Positions 37,862-52,297 are shown, counted from the first letter of the stretch. The stretch: DNA of 64,000 nt from Octopus sinensis (GCF_006345805.1 NC_043000.1:26536001-26600000), one strand, 5' to 3'. Program-made: numbers and translations. The notes: generated by a model not told the origin, from the sequence alone.

Positions 37862-38242
37862 TATATATATATATACATACATATATAACACCACATATAA
37901 CATGCACGTATATATGTATATGCATATGTACGCTGACACTCATTATACATACACAGCTAAACACAACCGGCAACGAAATCCTTCCCTCACATGTACACAG
38001 ACCGACAGACAGACAAATGCTAACATCACCAACCACTCGTCCCCTCTGACTTTCCGTCTCTTTTACACCGCCCCTTTCGGTATGTATGTGCGTGGTGTGT
38101 GTGTGTGTGTATGTATGTGTGTGTGCGTATTCTCTGGTTGTGTGTATATGCGTATGTAACTATGTATATAAACACGCACACACACACCTTCTGCCTGCAG
38201 CGTAGTCTATTGTCTCATTTATGTACACAGCAACAAGTGGAT

Positions 38243-38284
<42 letters not shown>

Positions 38285-38879
38285 TAATAATAATAATAAT
38301 AATAACAACAACAACAACAATAACGTGCCTGGTCGTTGTCAGCAGCTGGCAAGTCGCCTAGCAACAACATCCTCACATTGACTATCCAGGCTTCCCTGAC
38401 ACAACGCAACCCACACCCTAAAACTTCTCTATAAACTCTATCGTAACACAACCAAACCCTATTTGCTAAAAATCAATTTGTTGAAAATCGGGTGTTTGTT
38501 TTCTTTTTGTTGTTTTTTCTTTTCTTTCCTTGTACACAGTTTAGTCACTGGAATTGTTGGCGAGAATTGACGAAGGAAAAACAGCCCGCCTGCCCACCCT
38601 ACCACCAATCTCTTATCAAAGAAATAGTGAGTAAAAAAAAAATTAGAAAATACAACACTATCAGGAAAGAAAAAACAAACAAACAAGTATTATAACAAAT
38701 ATATGAATAGCATAAAATTTATTTGGAGGTGGTGGTCGTGGTGGGGAGAGGTATGTCGAGGTGGGGTGGGAGGGAAGAAGTACAGAAGTTAAAAATAGAA
38801 ACAAGCAGGAAAATAAATAAAGAATATGAAAATAACGAAATGTGTTGAAGTTTCTAGAAGATGTGATGTTTGAGATGTA

Positions 38880-39964
38880 TATCTGTGTGCACTCTGTAAT
38901 GTGTGTGTGTGTGTGCGAGATGATGCGTTTGTCTGTATGTGTATGTGTATGTGTGATACGATGTGCGTGTATGTCTGTGAGTGTATTTGTACACGAGACA
39001 GTGTACATGTGTGTGTGTGTGTGAAAGTTTGTGCATGATTGCGTGTGTGTGTATATATATATGTGGGAGATGGTGTGTGTGTGTGTGTTTATGTATATAT
39101 GTATGTGTGAGATGGTGTGCATGTATGTCTGTGAGTGTATATGTACATGAGATGATGTGTGTGTATGTGTGTATGCCCGAATTGGTGTGTGTGTATGTAT
39201 GTGTGAAATGATGTGCGCGTATGTCAGTGAGTGTATATGTACACAAGATTGTGTGTGTATGTGTGTGTGTGTGTGAAAGTTTGTGCATGATTGCGTGTGT
39301 GTGTATATATATGTGGGAGATGGTGTGTGTGTGTGTGTGTGTTTATGTATATATGTATGTGTGAGATGGTGTGCATGTATGTCTGTGAGTGTATATGTAC
39401 ATGAGATGATGTGTGTGTATGTGTGTATGCCCGAATTGGTGTGTGTGTATGTATGTGTGAAATGATGTGCGTGTATGTCCGTGAGTGTATATGTACACAA
39501 GATTGTGTGTGTATGTGTGTGTGTGTGAAATGGCGTGTATGTGTGCATATGTATGTACGAGATGGTATGTTTGTGCATGTGTGTGAGTGTGTGTGCGTGT
39601 GCATGTGAGAGATGGTGAGTGTGTGTGTGTGTATATATATGTATGTGCGAGATAGTTTGTGTATGTTTGTATACACACGGGGGAGGAGCGAAACGTGAGA
39701 ATGAATGTATAAAGAGATGACGGATGATGATGATGATAATGATAATGATGATGATGGCTATTATGATGTAACTGGTGATGCTGCTGATCATGATACTGGT
39801 GATAATTACGATGAATATTATGATGATGATGAAGACGATAATTGATGATGAATTTGATGATGACAATGAGTGTGATGACGGACTTTCCGTGTGGATAATG
39901 TAGCTCCAAAGATGAGGACAATGATGCTGCAGACGATGACGGCGACGACGACGATGATGATGAA

Positions 39965-40017
<53 letters not shown>

Positions 40018-40109
40018 CGATGATCATGTTGAATGTGTTGGTGGTTATAATGATGATGATGAGGACGATGATGATAATGGAGATGACGATGATGATGGTG
40101 ATGATGATG

Positions 40110-40140
<31 letters not shown>

Positions 40141-40620
40141 CGATGATCATGTTGAATACGTTGGTTGTTATAATGATGATGATAATGACGATGATGATAA
40201 TGGAGATGATGATGATGGTGATGATGATGATGATGATAATGATGATGATGATGATAACGGTGTTGATGATGATGATAACGGTGGTGATGATAGACGCGAT
40301 CATCATCGGAACAAATGTTAGTGATGTTAGGGAACAAAAAAAAGAAAAGCAAAAAATTAAAAAAAACCCAGAAAGGAGAGTAAGTGAGAGAAAGGGAGGG
40401 AGGGAGGGAGGGAGGAAAGAATAAGGCGGGAAAAGAAGAATAGTCCAGAACAAAGAGAAAACCTTAGCGCTAATGAAAAGCTGACAGCAGCAGCAGCAGT
40501 AGTAGCAGTAGTAATAGCAACAGTAGTGGTAGTAATAGTAGTAGCTGTAGTAGTAGTAGTAGTAATGGTGGTGGTGGTGGTGGTATTAGTAGTAGTTGTA
40601 GTAGTAGTAGTAGTAGACAA
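38880..40620. repeat. (TG)-derived minisatellite with ~254-bp duplication (39016/39270), then (GAT)n block with ~120-bp duplication and (AGT/GGT)n
   Basis: GTGTGAAAGTTTGTGCATGATTGCG occurs twice; GACGATGATCATGTTGAAT occurs twice. Confidence 0.85.
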
Positions 40621-41064
40621 GGTAAATTTCCATGTATTTTATCAACAGATGAGAGTTTAGAGAGAATTATCACGCGATTGGAACAATGCAACGAACAGGT
40701 TCACGTAATTGGCTATTTGTTGTTGTTGTTGTTGTTGTTGCTATTGTTGTTTTGTTCATATCATCCATGGTTGAGCGGACCAATGATTAAAGCTACTCCA
40801 TCCATGACCAATCTGTCATGTTCTATATCTAGAACTGCATTTATCAATATGTCCCGTTTTGTGTTTTTTTTTTCTTTTAAGCTGGCTGCTATCTCTAGCC
40901 TTTCGAACAAATCTATGTTTGAAATTAGTCCAGCCGTGACTATCCCGTCTATTGCCCACTTACATGGAACCCAAGAGTATATCCAACTGGTTATGCCTTT
41001 TGATAATCTTTGTCAGTCTTAAAGATAATCCGTTAGCAAATCCCGAGGATAAAGAGATTCAAAT

Positions 41065-41800
41065 ATTTTTTTCTTTTTGCTTGTTTTAATCATTAGACTA
41101 CGGCCATGCTGGGGCACCGACTTGAAGAATTTCTAATCGAATGAATCAACCCTTGAACTTATTTTTATAAAGCTGGTCACTTATTCTATCGGACCCCTTT
41201 TGTTACGGGGATGTTAATACACCAGCACCAGTTGTGAAGCAATGGTGGTGACAAACAGACGGACACACACACACGACGGGCTTCTTTCAGTTTCCGTCTA
41301 CCAGGTGCAGTCACAACCTTTGGTCTCCCCGAGGCTATAGTAGAAAGCACTTGCTCAAGGTGTCACACAATGTTCTTTTTTTACCCGCTGTGGTAAAAAA
41401 AGGATATCTAATAAAATGTTTATGGGTCACCGTCGGTTTCGACAATGGTGATGCAGTTGTTCGATTAACTGAACTACTTGTTTATGGAATTGGTATGTAA
41501 ATGACTGAGTATTCCACAGACATGCATGCGTAAGTAAGGACCCTTCTCTTGGGCATTACTGTCTCAATCCAAAGACTCATAGACCCGGTTACCCGCTTTT
41601 CGTGTTGTCTAAGTGGTCGAAATCACAATATACCCACTGAACAGGATGTCAGTCCGTTACTCATGTACAATTTGATGGGCTGGAGTAACGTGAAATGATA
41701 TGCTTTGCTCAAGAACACAACGCATCACCTAGTCCGCGAATCGAAATCACAATCTTGCGATCGTGAGTGCCACACTCTAACCACTTCGCCACACGCCTTC
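41065..41800 (-). mobile_element. SINE B/C (41065-41372) and SINE D head with long tail ending in a G-like end (41425-41800)
   Basis: Reverse-complement modules; the tail end GTCTGTGGAATACTCAGTC...GTCGAAACCGACGG resembles tail G at 4770-4940. Confidence 0.7.
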
Positions 41801-41984
41801 ATAAAGACATGTGCACCATTAACGTACTGGTAGAAACAGTGAGAAAAGTATGTGGCAAGGCTCTGTTGCTGAATTTCGGGTTTCCGTACAACGGACGGGT
41901 TTCCGTACAGATGTAATCTACTCGGTGTTACTTACAAGGCTGAACACTGAGCCCAGAGGATATAATAAAAAACATACGGCCCAA

Positions 41985-42435
41985 ATTCTTATTTCTTTAT
42001 TGCCCACAAGGGACTAAACATAGAGCGGACAAACAAGGACAGATAAAGGGATTCAGTCGATTACATCGACCCCAGTGCGTAACTGGTACTTAATTTATCG
42101 ATCCCGAAAGGATGAAAGGCAAAGTCGACCTAGGTGTAATTTGAACTCAGAACGTAGCGGCAGATGAAATACCGCAAAGCATTTCGCCCAGCGTGCTAAC
42201 GTTTCTTATTTCTTTACCGCTCAAAAGGGACTAAACATAGAGGGGACAAACAAGGACAGGCAAAGGGATTAAGTCGATTACATCGACTCCAATGCGTAAT
42301 CGGTACTTATTTAATCGACCCCGAGAGGATGAAAGGCAAAGTCGACCTCGACGGAATTTGATCTCAGAACGTAACGGCAGATGAAATACGGCTACGCATT
42401 TCGCCCGGCGTGCTAAGGTTTCTGCCAGCTCGTTC
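41985..42435 (-). mobile_element. SINE A dimer with tail type 2
   Basis: Two units; junction AAAGAAAT|AAGAAACGTTAGC differs from the common junction; ends CTTGTGGGCAATAAAGAAATA. Confidence 0.85.
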
Positions 42436-42772
42436 GCCCTAATACTACGCAGTCGTATAAAACCTAGGACCTCGTTATTGCGAAGTGAACTTCTTTAAAA
42501 ATCAGCCGTGCAGTAATAGCCCAGCAATGATTCATTTCCGAATGATATTAGAATAAAAGTGCCTTTGTTACAATTTCTAAGCGTTTTCTGAAAGAAAGTG
42601 GCGATTAAATAAAGAATATGTTGGAAAAACTATAAGAATAAAGCCAATGAGAATGTCGCAAGTGTCTGGTCGATCTGCTAAAAATTGCAGCCAAACTTCC
42701 CTCAAATTACACGTTGTCATCTTAAATAAATAGCGGACATGATGGATAATATATTCTTGTATATCTAAGTTG

Positions 42773-43035
42773 AAGGCGCATGGCTCAGTGATTAGAGCGT
42801 CGGGCTCACAATCATGAGGTAGTGAGTTCGACTTCCGCGCCAGGCTGTGTGTAGTGTTCTTGAGCAAGACATTTTATTTCATGTTGCTCCAATTCACTCA
42901 GTGCCAAGCTGTATCGGCCTTTCCCTTGGATAACATCAGTGATGTGGACAGGAGAGGCTGGCCTGGATTTGTAACTCGGAAGGAGACTTCCTAGGTGCAA
43001 TTCCATGGTCATTCATGACCGAAGGGGGTCTTTAA
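42773..43035 (+). mobile_element. SINE D near full length
   Basis: GGCGCATGGCTCAGTGATTAGAGCGTCG...GAGTTCGACTTCC...TTCTTGAGCAAGAC...CATGACCGAAGGGGGTC. Confidence 0.85.
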
Positions 43036-43807
43036 CCTTACCCTTTATGTGTAAGACATAGATTGGTCATCTTTGGTCATTAACTGCTAACTTAGGGTAC
43101 GAAGACCAAACACCAAAAAACCTCAGGAGCCTTACCCTACAGTCGCTCACATTCGCTTCATCATCTGAACAATACACGGAATATTCTCAACGTCTCATCA
43201 CGCTTAATATTCGAGAAACCCATTACAAAGTCCTTAAATAAGAACTATAGCATGAATTTATTTGTTTTGGATGATGGAATTAATTTTGATGAAGATTTTG
43301 GTTTCAAATTCTCATTTGTGGTTACCTTGCGGTGGTTGAAAGTTATTGTTGTACACTATTTTTTCTTAGCGGAGTCATTATTCGGTTGGATGGATGCATA
43401 TATGTTGGGAGCTGAATCGATACGTGTGTATTAATTACTATTTTAGTTATTTCAAAGCAAGCTTAATAATAAATAATTACTGCGTAGGCCGATGACTTCA
43501 CGAATTAAGAAGTACCCTGAGAGGTTTATGCGCTTGTGATGAGCATTCCATACAAACGTACATTTATACAAATACAAACACATACACACTCACACTCACA
43601 TATGTATGTATGTATGTATGTATGTATGAATGTAGAGTGTACCTTATTTGAGCAAAGATTGATACCTAAATATATACGCACACAGACATATATACATACA
43701 TGAACACAAATATACACACGCACACACACACGTGCATACACACATGCATCTCTCTCTTTCTCTCTATCTATCCATTTGTCTAACTGTCTGTCTATCTGTC
43801 TGTCTAA

Positions 43808-43871
<64 letters not shown>

Positions 43872-43894
43872 ATATCTATCTATATATCTATCTA

Positions 43895-43941
<47 letters not shown>

Positions 43942-43948
43942 GTCAGTA

Positions 43949-44027
<79 letters not shown>

Positions 44028-44042
44028 GTATCTATCTATCTG

Positions 44043-44118
<76 letters not shown>

Positions 44119-44275
44119 CACACACATATATGTCGGTGTGTTAAAGTGAGGATATTCGCGTACATTTTCATGTGTTGGTATAGTTGCGGTGACCATGTGG
44201 GTGGGTATAAGACAACTATCAATGCGATCGCAGCAATACACCGATTATACGTCTGTATTTATGTGTTCACACGAT

Positions 44276-44317
<42 letters not shown>

Positions 44318-44919
44318 TCGCAGAGGCAAGCATATACACACAGATTCACAGAGGAAAACTTGTGCTAATGGGTTTCACTGACTATTCTTCCCTGCGTACA
44401 TGCATGGATGGATGTGTCGGTAAATGGATGGGCGTGTGCATTAGGTTGTGGGGGCACTTTCGTGCATGCATGTGCGTGCGTGTGTGGCGTTGCGTTGCTC
44501 CGTGTGTGCGCATGTATCTAACAGTGTTTGTGTTTTAGTACATGTGTTTCGCTACTGCGTGTGAGTGTATGTGTGTGTGTGTATATATATACACACATAT
44601 ATATATACATATATATACACACACACACACGCACACACACACACACACACACATATATATAATATATATATATATATACATATATATACATATATATACA
44701 TATATATATACATATATATACATATATATATACATATATATATATACATATATATATATGTATATATATATACATATATATATACATATACATATATATG
44801 TATATATATATATACATATATACATATATATATATACATATATATATATACATATACATATACACACACCACACACACACATATATATATATACACATAT
44901 ATCACATATAACATATATA

Positions 44920-45004
<85 letters not shown>

Positions 45005-45246
45005 TATTATATATATATACACGCGTGTGTATAAACAATACAAAAATGCTGGTAACGAACCCCACCCAAAAGACATTAAACCTCATTATCAATGATATAA
45101 TCATTATCTCCACTAACAATATATACATTTACACACACACACACACATATATATATATATGTTTGCATACATAAATACAAATATAGACCTATATAAAGGT
45201 ATACACATTATCGTATATTTATATGGCTCTCTCTCTCTCTCTCTCT

Positions 45247-45294
<48 letters not shown>

Positions 45295-45814
45295 TATATA
45301 TGCGCGTGTATGTATACTTATGTGCGTACAGACGCATATTCACAAACGCACAATCACAATAATTGTCATTACAACAGACATCATACACCACTGAAGCACA
45401 GGCATAGCATTGTCGCTACCGCAACCCCGCCGCCGCCGCCTCTGCCACTACCACCACCAAAAACATTAAACAACAATAACAACAATACCAATAACATTGA
45501 TAAACATCAGTAGTAAAAGAAGAACAATAAAAAGTCCCCCAAAAATAAAGAAATCCAAAACGAACCCCCATCCCTCCCCCGAAAATCTATATAGCTAACA
45601 AACAAGAAATAGATGTTCGAAAGATATTATGTAGCTAATGAGGAGAGCGACTGCTTTATCAGTGTCTGAAGCCCCGGGTAGGTATCGACCGATCTGATTG
45701 GCAAACTGTGTGATAAGGGTTATATGTAGATCTCATAGGTTTATAACTTGTTACAAACCGGACGGCGCACCAGTCTCAGAACGGAAGTAGTCTAGTTTCT
45801 TTATATAATAGTTA

Positions 45815-46830
45815 CTTCTCTCTCCACCCCTTTCTCCCCCTCTCTCTCCCTCTTACTTTCTCCCCGTCTTTCCTTCCTCTAACTCTCTCACTCCTTCCCA
45901 CCCACCCTCTCGCTTTTATGTATGTCTTCTCACTCTCTACATCTTACTCACTCTGATCTTACTCCCTCAACCTGTTTCTCTTCCTTTCTTTCTCCCTCCG
46001 CCTTACATTCCTACTTTCACTTTCGTTTTCTCAATCAATAATTGTTCTCACTTCTGTCTTCTCTCTTACTCATACTATACTCTTTCTCTCAACACTCACT
46101 CTTTCTTTCTCTGTCTCACCCAGTCTCATACACCCTATTTCTCTCACCTCTTCCAATCCTCCTGTCTCTTAATCGTTCTCTCTCTGCGTCAAAAACAGTA
46201 TTTCGTTCTCTTTCTATCTCTCAAGAATTCTTCCTCTCTCCTACGCATACTCTCTCTCTCTCTGAGCATTTTCTTTCTCTCAAGCATTCTCCCCCTCCCC
46301 TTCTGTCATTGTCTTAGACATTCTCTTTCTCTTTCTTTCTGTATCTCTCTCAAGCATTTTCTCAATCTCAAATAATCATTCTCGAATGTATTCCGTCTCT
46401 CCTTGACATATTCTCCCTTTCGCTCCGTCCGATATATTCTCTCTCTCCCCCTCTCTGTCTCTGAATATTCTCTCCCTTCCTCCCTCTGTATCCCTGACAT
46501 CTCTCTTTCTCTCTCTCTCTGATAATTCTCCCTCCTTTTCTCTCTCACGCTCTCTCAGACATTCCCTCTCTCAACCTGACACCTTCTTCTCTCTCTCTTC
46601 TCTCTCTGAAACACATTCCCACCCCTACTCTCCCTTCCTGACATCTCCCCCTTTTCCCTCTGCCTTTAACACATTCTCTCACCCCATCTCCCGTTCTTAA
46701 ACACATTTTCCCTTCCTCTCTTTCTCTTACCCCTGACGTCTCCCTCCCCTTTTCTGTATCCCTCACTGGCACTTTCCTCCCCTTTCTCTCCCTCCCTACC
46801 TCACTCTGCTCCACCTCCATTTATCTCAAT
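45815..46830 (+). repeat. ~1-kb degenerate polypyrimidine (CT-rich) tract
   Basis: Strong strand asymmetry; cryptic (CT)n with recurring ACATTCTCTC motifs. Confidence 0.85.
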
Positions 46831-47491
46831 CCCCTACTTCGTCCCCTTCGTCTAGTTTGTTTGCCAATGAACCCCACCCCAAGCTAGAAGTAGCTAACGT
46901 GAAAAGCTTCATCATCAGACATTGCATCATGCTGATTGCATGTAGCGCCATCTATATCCCGACAATGTATGTGGTCTCTGCGATAGGGCTGTGGATATGC
47001 GTATGTATCTAACGACTGTATATAGAAGACCATCTGTGTGTGTATGTGTGTGTGTGTGTGTGTGTGTGTATTTCTGTCGCTTGCGTTGTTTTTCTCCATT
47101 AATCACATAGATACGGTCATTCATAATCTCAGGGACGCATCTACATATATAGGAACGTACAAACATGCGCACAATCGCAACCATCAGTATACCCTCACAC
47201 AAACGTGTGTATGCAAGTTCTTATGTGTATGTGTGTGTGTGTGCGTGTGTGTGTGGTGTGTGTGTGTGTGTGTGTGTTGTTTGTGAAATCATACAGAACA
47301 CTTGATACGGGGTGTTGGAAAAAAAACCCTGTGTAACATACACATAAACACACGTACAAACACTCGGACATATATACAACGAATATATATATATGTATAT
47401 ATATATATATAATATATATATATATATATTATATATATATATATACACATATATATGTATATATACCTATGCATGTATAATATATATATTA

Positions 47492-47523
<32 letters not shown>

Positions 47524-47555
47524 GTATATATATATGTATATAATATATTATATAT

Positions 47556-47592
<37 letters not shown>

Positions 47593-47828
47593 GTATATAT
47601 ATGGGTGTGGTGTGTGTGTGTGTGTATATGTATGTATGTATGTATGTTTATTTATGTATGTATTGTTGTCTATAATTTATGAGTTTGCAAAATTCTGGCG
47701 GGTTAGCAATCAATGTCTAGTATTTTTATTATAATTAAAAGTTAAGTTTCTTCTCGTAACGCCATTTTGATAGTAATTCTTGTTGCCTGTTTAGAATCTT
47801 AAATGTTTTAGATACTATCTAGACTTGC

Positions 47829-48380
47829 TAAGGCGGTGAGCTGGCAGAAACGTTAGCATGCCGGGCGAAATGCGTAGCCGTATTTCGTCTGCCGTTATGT
47901 TCTGAGTTCAAATTCCGCCGAGGTCGACTTTGCCTTTCATCCTTTCGGGGTCGATAAATTAAGTACCGATTACGATCTGGAGTCGATGTAATCGACTTAA
48001 TCCGTTTGTCTGTCCTTGTTTGTCCATTCTGTGTTTAGCCCTTTGTGAGTAGTAAAGAAATAGGTATTTCGTCTGTTTTTTAAGTTCTGAGTTTAATTTT
48101 CGCCGAGATTGATTTTACCTTTCATCTTTCCGAGGTCGATAAATTAAGTACCAGTTGTGTACTGGGGTCGAGATAATTGACTTGCCTCCTCTCCCTCAAA
48201 AATTTCGGACCTTGTGCCTAGAGCAGAAAAGAATATCTAATGTTCTTAGGCAGCGACCCAGCAGATACGTTAACGCCCTGGCCGAAATGCTTAGCGGTAT
48301 TTCGTATATCTTTACGTTCTGAGTTTAAATTCCGCCGAGGTCGACTTTGCCTTTCATCCTTCCGAGATCGATAAATTTAG
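47829..48380 (+). mobile_element. SINE A dimer (47829-48240) plus adjacent truncated copy
   Basis: Junction AAAGAAAT|AGGTATTTCGTC at ~48061; final tail type 1 AAAATTTCGGACCTTGTGCCTAGAGCAGAAAAGAAT. Confidence 0.85.
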
Positions 48381-48953
48381 CAAAGCGGAAAAGGCTGAAA
48401 AAGTTTGAGAAAATGAAATATAAAAAGTGAAAAGATGTCAAAGTGGTAAAATTCTAAATATTCCAAAATAAGATTACGGCCGAAAAGATGGTAAAAGAGG
48501 AGATGGAAAGATGTCCAAGGAAAAGATGAAATAGAGTAAATACGAAAGCATATCAACGTGGAACACGAGTGCTTCTAGAAAGATAGAGAATGGCTGAGGG
48601 AAGAAGGAGAAAATGATAAGAAGAACAAAAACAAACAAAACAAATGCGGTCATCATTAGAGAAGAGCTTGACCACTGCACACTTCACGAGTGGAATCAGG
48701 AGAGAGAAGATGTTGATTGAGATATGGGAATCTGAACAAGTATCACCAAAACGTCGATGTATATATGTATGTTTGTGTGAGTGCTAGTGTTCCAGTATGT
48801 GTGTGTGTGTGTGTGTGTTGTGTGTGTCAAAGTAAGAATATAATGGAACGGAATAAAGGTGTGTATGTGAGTGTATGCGTATGCGAATATAAATGAAGGA
48901 AGGGGATGCGTCTATGCGTGAGGGAAGGGGATGGAAGGAGAGAGGTGGATATA

Positions 48954-48992
<39 letters not shown>

Positions 48993-49189
48993 GGCTATGA
49001 TTTACCATATGTGTAATATGTGTGCAAGTATAGGAGTGGAGGTAGGTTATGGTGCGAATAGTGGAGAGGTGGAATGTGAGTGGAATGCTGTGTGGATTGG
49101 AGGAGTGAAGACAGGATGGGAGAAGAATAGAGATTTGTCATGCTGGAGCAGGCAGTGATGTATATAGAATTAAACATTAGGGTCTACTT

Positions 49190-49420
49190 TTAGAAAAAAG
49201 ATGAACTTCTCTTCATTCAGGAAGCGAGAATGGAGAGATCCGGCGTTGGAGGCCAAGTCGAAGATGGAGAAACGGAAGTTAAATGTTGAGCAACAGGTGA
49301 CCTTCTGGAACAGGTGCTCTGCGAACCTGTCAGATCGTCGGCAGCCTGGTTGCTCCATCGAATCACAGGAGTACATTGATGCGGTTGCTTGAAGCGCAGG
49401 GTGCTACATGCCATGAACAA
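49190..49420 (-). pseudogene. Decayed Penelope-like GIY-YIG endonuclease fragment
   Basis: Motifs spread over two frames: RRSDRFAEHL and EEKFIF (ORF 49170-49376), PVAQHL and DLSIL (ORF 49217-49420). They are collinear with the PLE GIY-YIG pattern R.L.DRF.EH...PVA.HF...DL.V...E..FI..L. Confidence 0.55.
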
Positions 49421-49864
49421 CTGTGAGATTTAAAAAATTTCTTGCGAAATCAGAAAATAGAAACCTAGAGATATTTATTAACGACACTCAAGGATAAGGG
49501 GAGATAAATTTCAGAAATCAAGGAGAAATTTCAAGAATCCTTTTGTCGGGTAATTTATATACAAAGAATGTGTGTGCTTTGTTTTTGTGGCAGCAAGTGA
49601 GAACTAAATGCTTATGTTTCTGACTTTATGAGCTTGTCAGCATTGCACTAACACATTTTGGTTGCAGACCAGACAATTACATTTTTACATATTGAGAAAG
49701 ATTTTTGATGCCTATTTATCTGACGGTAATTTGTATAAGTAAAAATAGAAGGAGCTATAAATAATAATAAGTGAAGGATGTCCAACGGTATGAATTTGGG
49801 TAATTAACTTAAAATCGAGTCCTATTGGATTATATCATTTATCTTTTACTTGTTTCAGTCATTA

Positions 49865-50156
49865 TACCGAAGAAGAAGGCGAAGAAGACGAAGAAGGAGA
49901 AGAAGGAGAAGAAAACGAAGAAGAGGAAGAAAAAGAAAAAGTAGAAGAACGACAACAAGACGAGGAAGAAGAAGATGAAGAAGAAGAAGACGACGAAGAA
50001 GTAGAAGAAAAAGAAGACGAAGTAGAGGAAGTAGTAGTAGAAGAAGACGAGAAAGAAGAAGAAAAAAGAAGAAGCAGAAGCAGGAGAATAAGAAGACGAA
50101 GAAGTCGAAGAAGAGGAAGAAGACAAAGAAGGCAAAGAAAACGAAGAAGACGAAGA

Positions 50157-50194
<38 letters not shown>

Positions 50195-50218
50195 AACAAT
50201 GATAATAATAAAAATAAA

Positions 50219-50275
<57 letters not shown>
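49865..50275. repeat. (GAA)n-rich polypurine block, (GTA)n, (AAT)n
   Basis: Direct reading. Confidence 0.9.
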
Positions 50276-50276
<1 letters not shown>

Positions 50277-50811
50277 CCCTGATGCAGTACCAGGCAGTGG
50301 CTTTCATGGCTTCTGATCTTAACTGATTGGAAGTGTTATCATGTACATTGTTTTGTCTTGGTATAAAAGATGGGCTACAGCAAATATTCTGCTCAATACC
50401 ACAGATTTGCTTGTCAGTCGTTTGACCGTAACCAGTTGAGCATGTCCCTTAGTGGCTGACGATATGTGCATCTCTGATCACGAGCAGAAGTAGTGGGGGA
50501 GCATCATAGCCATGTGTTGAGAGGGATTCTTTGGGGTTTGAAAAATTCACCTCTGGAAACATGGGTGGTTCTTTCAACATCCTTAAACAACCCTTATTCA
50601 GGGACATTTTAAGCGGGATGGGCTACTCAACCAGAAGAAATTTCAAGGTCATGTGCTGTTTATCTTGATATGAGATCAACATGTCGCGCACATATGGTTG
50701 TGATGCATGTGCTTGGTGCACCCTTATCAGACGGGTAGTCATGATGGGTATATTGGGCTTCGTATATTTTACCCCAGTGTCACTTTGATGGCATGAACTG
50801 CTCTCCCACTC
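50276..50811 (+). mobile_element. 536-bp unclassified non-coding element inserted within (AAT)n
   Basis: Complex sequence GCCCTGATGCAGTACC...CTGCTCTCCCACTC with (AAT)n directly on both sides; no ORF. Confidence 0.6.
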
Positions 50812-51064
50812 AATAATAATAATAATGATAATAATAATAATTTTCCACCTTTATTTGTTTAATTTTCTATTTGTTATTTTTCCTTTTTCTCTGTCACATG
50901 ACTCTGTAAATGCACAATCTGGTGCGTTTGTTTTAATGACCAACCAATGTATACAGTATGTTTTTCTGCCCTAGGTGTCAGAAAGACACTCGGCCAGAAA
51001 TGGAAACAGAATGGAAAGAAGATGCCACTGAAAATAATAATCATGATAAAAAATAACAAAACTC

Positions 51065-51270
51065 TTTACTAAAAGCATAAGGCCTGAAGTTTTGGGGTAG
51101 GGTCTAAGTTGATTAAATTGACCCCAGTATTTCACTGGTACTTAATTTATCGACCCCGAAAGGATGACAGGCAAAGTCGACCTCGGCGGAATTTGAACTC
51201 AGAACATAAAGACAGACGAAGTACCGCTAAGCATTTCGCCCGGCGTGCTAACGTTCTTGCCAGCTCACCT
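51065..51270 (-). mobile_element. SINE A, tail type 1
   Basis: Reverse complement of full head, B box, central domain and tail. Confidence 0.85.
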
Positions 51271-51474
51271 CATAAAAGAAAACTAATGCGATGCATAAAA
51301 AAAAAATAGTGGTGATGGTATGTGTTGTGTGATATGTTTGAGAGGAATATACAGCGAATAGTTAAAAGGAAAGGATTTGCAAATTAGCTTATTTCATGTC
51401 TTGAAGACAACCAACTTGAAAGAAGACCCACTTATATTTTTTTATATGTGTATGTATGTATGTATGTATGTATG

Positions 51475-51882
51475 TATACCCGATCACGCGGTTAAACCAT
51501 TGGGAGTGAAGGACTCCTAGCCTTTGTAAGGGCATCCTTCTAGGAGAAGGTAACTCAGGTAACTGGGATAACTCCGACATAAAAACTGCGGTTCAGTGGT
51601 TACCGATGATGTTGATTTGTTGTTCTTTTCGGATTATGGCTGCTGTTGCTTAGTGAGTGGGATTGACTCAGTGCACAGCCTTTCCTCACTTTAAAAAAAA
51701 TCTTCTTGCACAGGCATTGCACGATAACAACATTGTTCATGATTGTTGATGGTGCTGAGAGTCTCAACTGAATGGCTGGCTGTAGCCTTAAAAAGCAAAT
51801 AAAAGTCACTTTCGATCACAGCACCAGTAACAGTTAAGCTTCGTGCAATGGTCATACTCGATAACGAGTGGGCAGCCATCAT
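51475..51882 (+). mobile_element. 5'-truncated copy of an unclassified retroposon with (ATGT)n tail
   Basis: Near-identical to 52640-52950 (TATACCCGATCACGCGGTTAAACC...GGTAACTCAGGTAACTGGG...GCAATGGTCATACTCGATAACG); flanked by (ATGT)n. Confidence 0.75.
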
Positions 51883-51914
51883 GTATGTATGTATGGATGT
51901 ATGTATGTATGTCT

Positions 51915-52297
51915 CTTCTATTTTTTAATTATTATAAATCTTCCACTGAGGAGGGAGCCGGTTTCCAACAAAGATACAAGACTCCGTATTTGGGATGTTG
52001 AAAACAGAGAAATTCACATTTGCAACTTGAGAAACGTCTTGCATATTTTTACTGTTCCACTCACAGATTGCACTTATAATGTACGAATTAGCCGGTCCAT
52101 TTCTCTTTCTGAAAATCCCAGTTTATCCAGATTCTCCTTTAAGAATTTACTAACAAAACCTATTGCTCCAATTATTATTGGTATGAATATGAATTCGTAG
52201 TCTGGATATAGAAGCTGGAAGTTTCGAAACAGTTGTCAATAGATATCATCTTTTTCTTTGATTTTCAAAGAGAATGTTTATACCGGTAGGGCAGCTG
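51915..52297 (-). mobile_element. Second RLE-type (R4-like) retrotransposon 3' end
   Basis: IEVSCP...KEKDDIY*QLFRNFQLLYPDYEFIFIPIIIGAIG...LDKLGFSEREMDRLIRTL*VQSVSGTVKICKTFLKLQM*; 3' UTR ends TATAATAATT; 5' truncated in (TACA)n. Confidence 0.65.

Noticed and set aside
38661-40352. 563-aa His/Thr-rich ORF on the minus strand
   Set aside because: Composed entirely of (CAT)n and (CA)-derived minisatellite, with no non-repetitive segment or splice context.
49867-50220. Glu-rich then Arg-rich open frame
   Set aside because: (GAA)n slippage product with no start codon or splice evidence.
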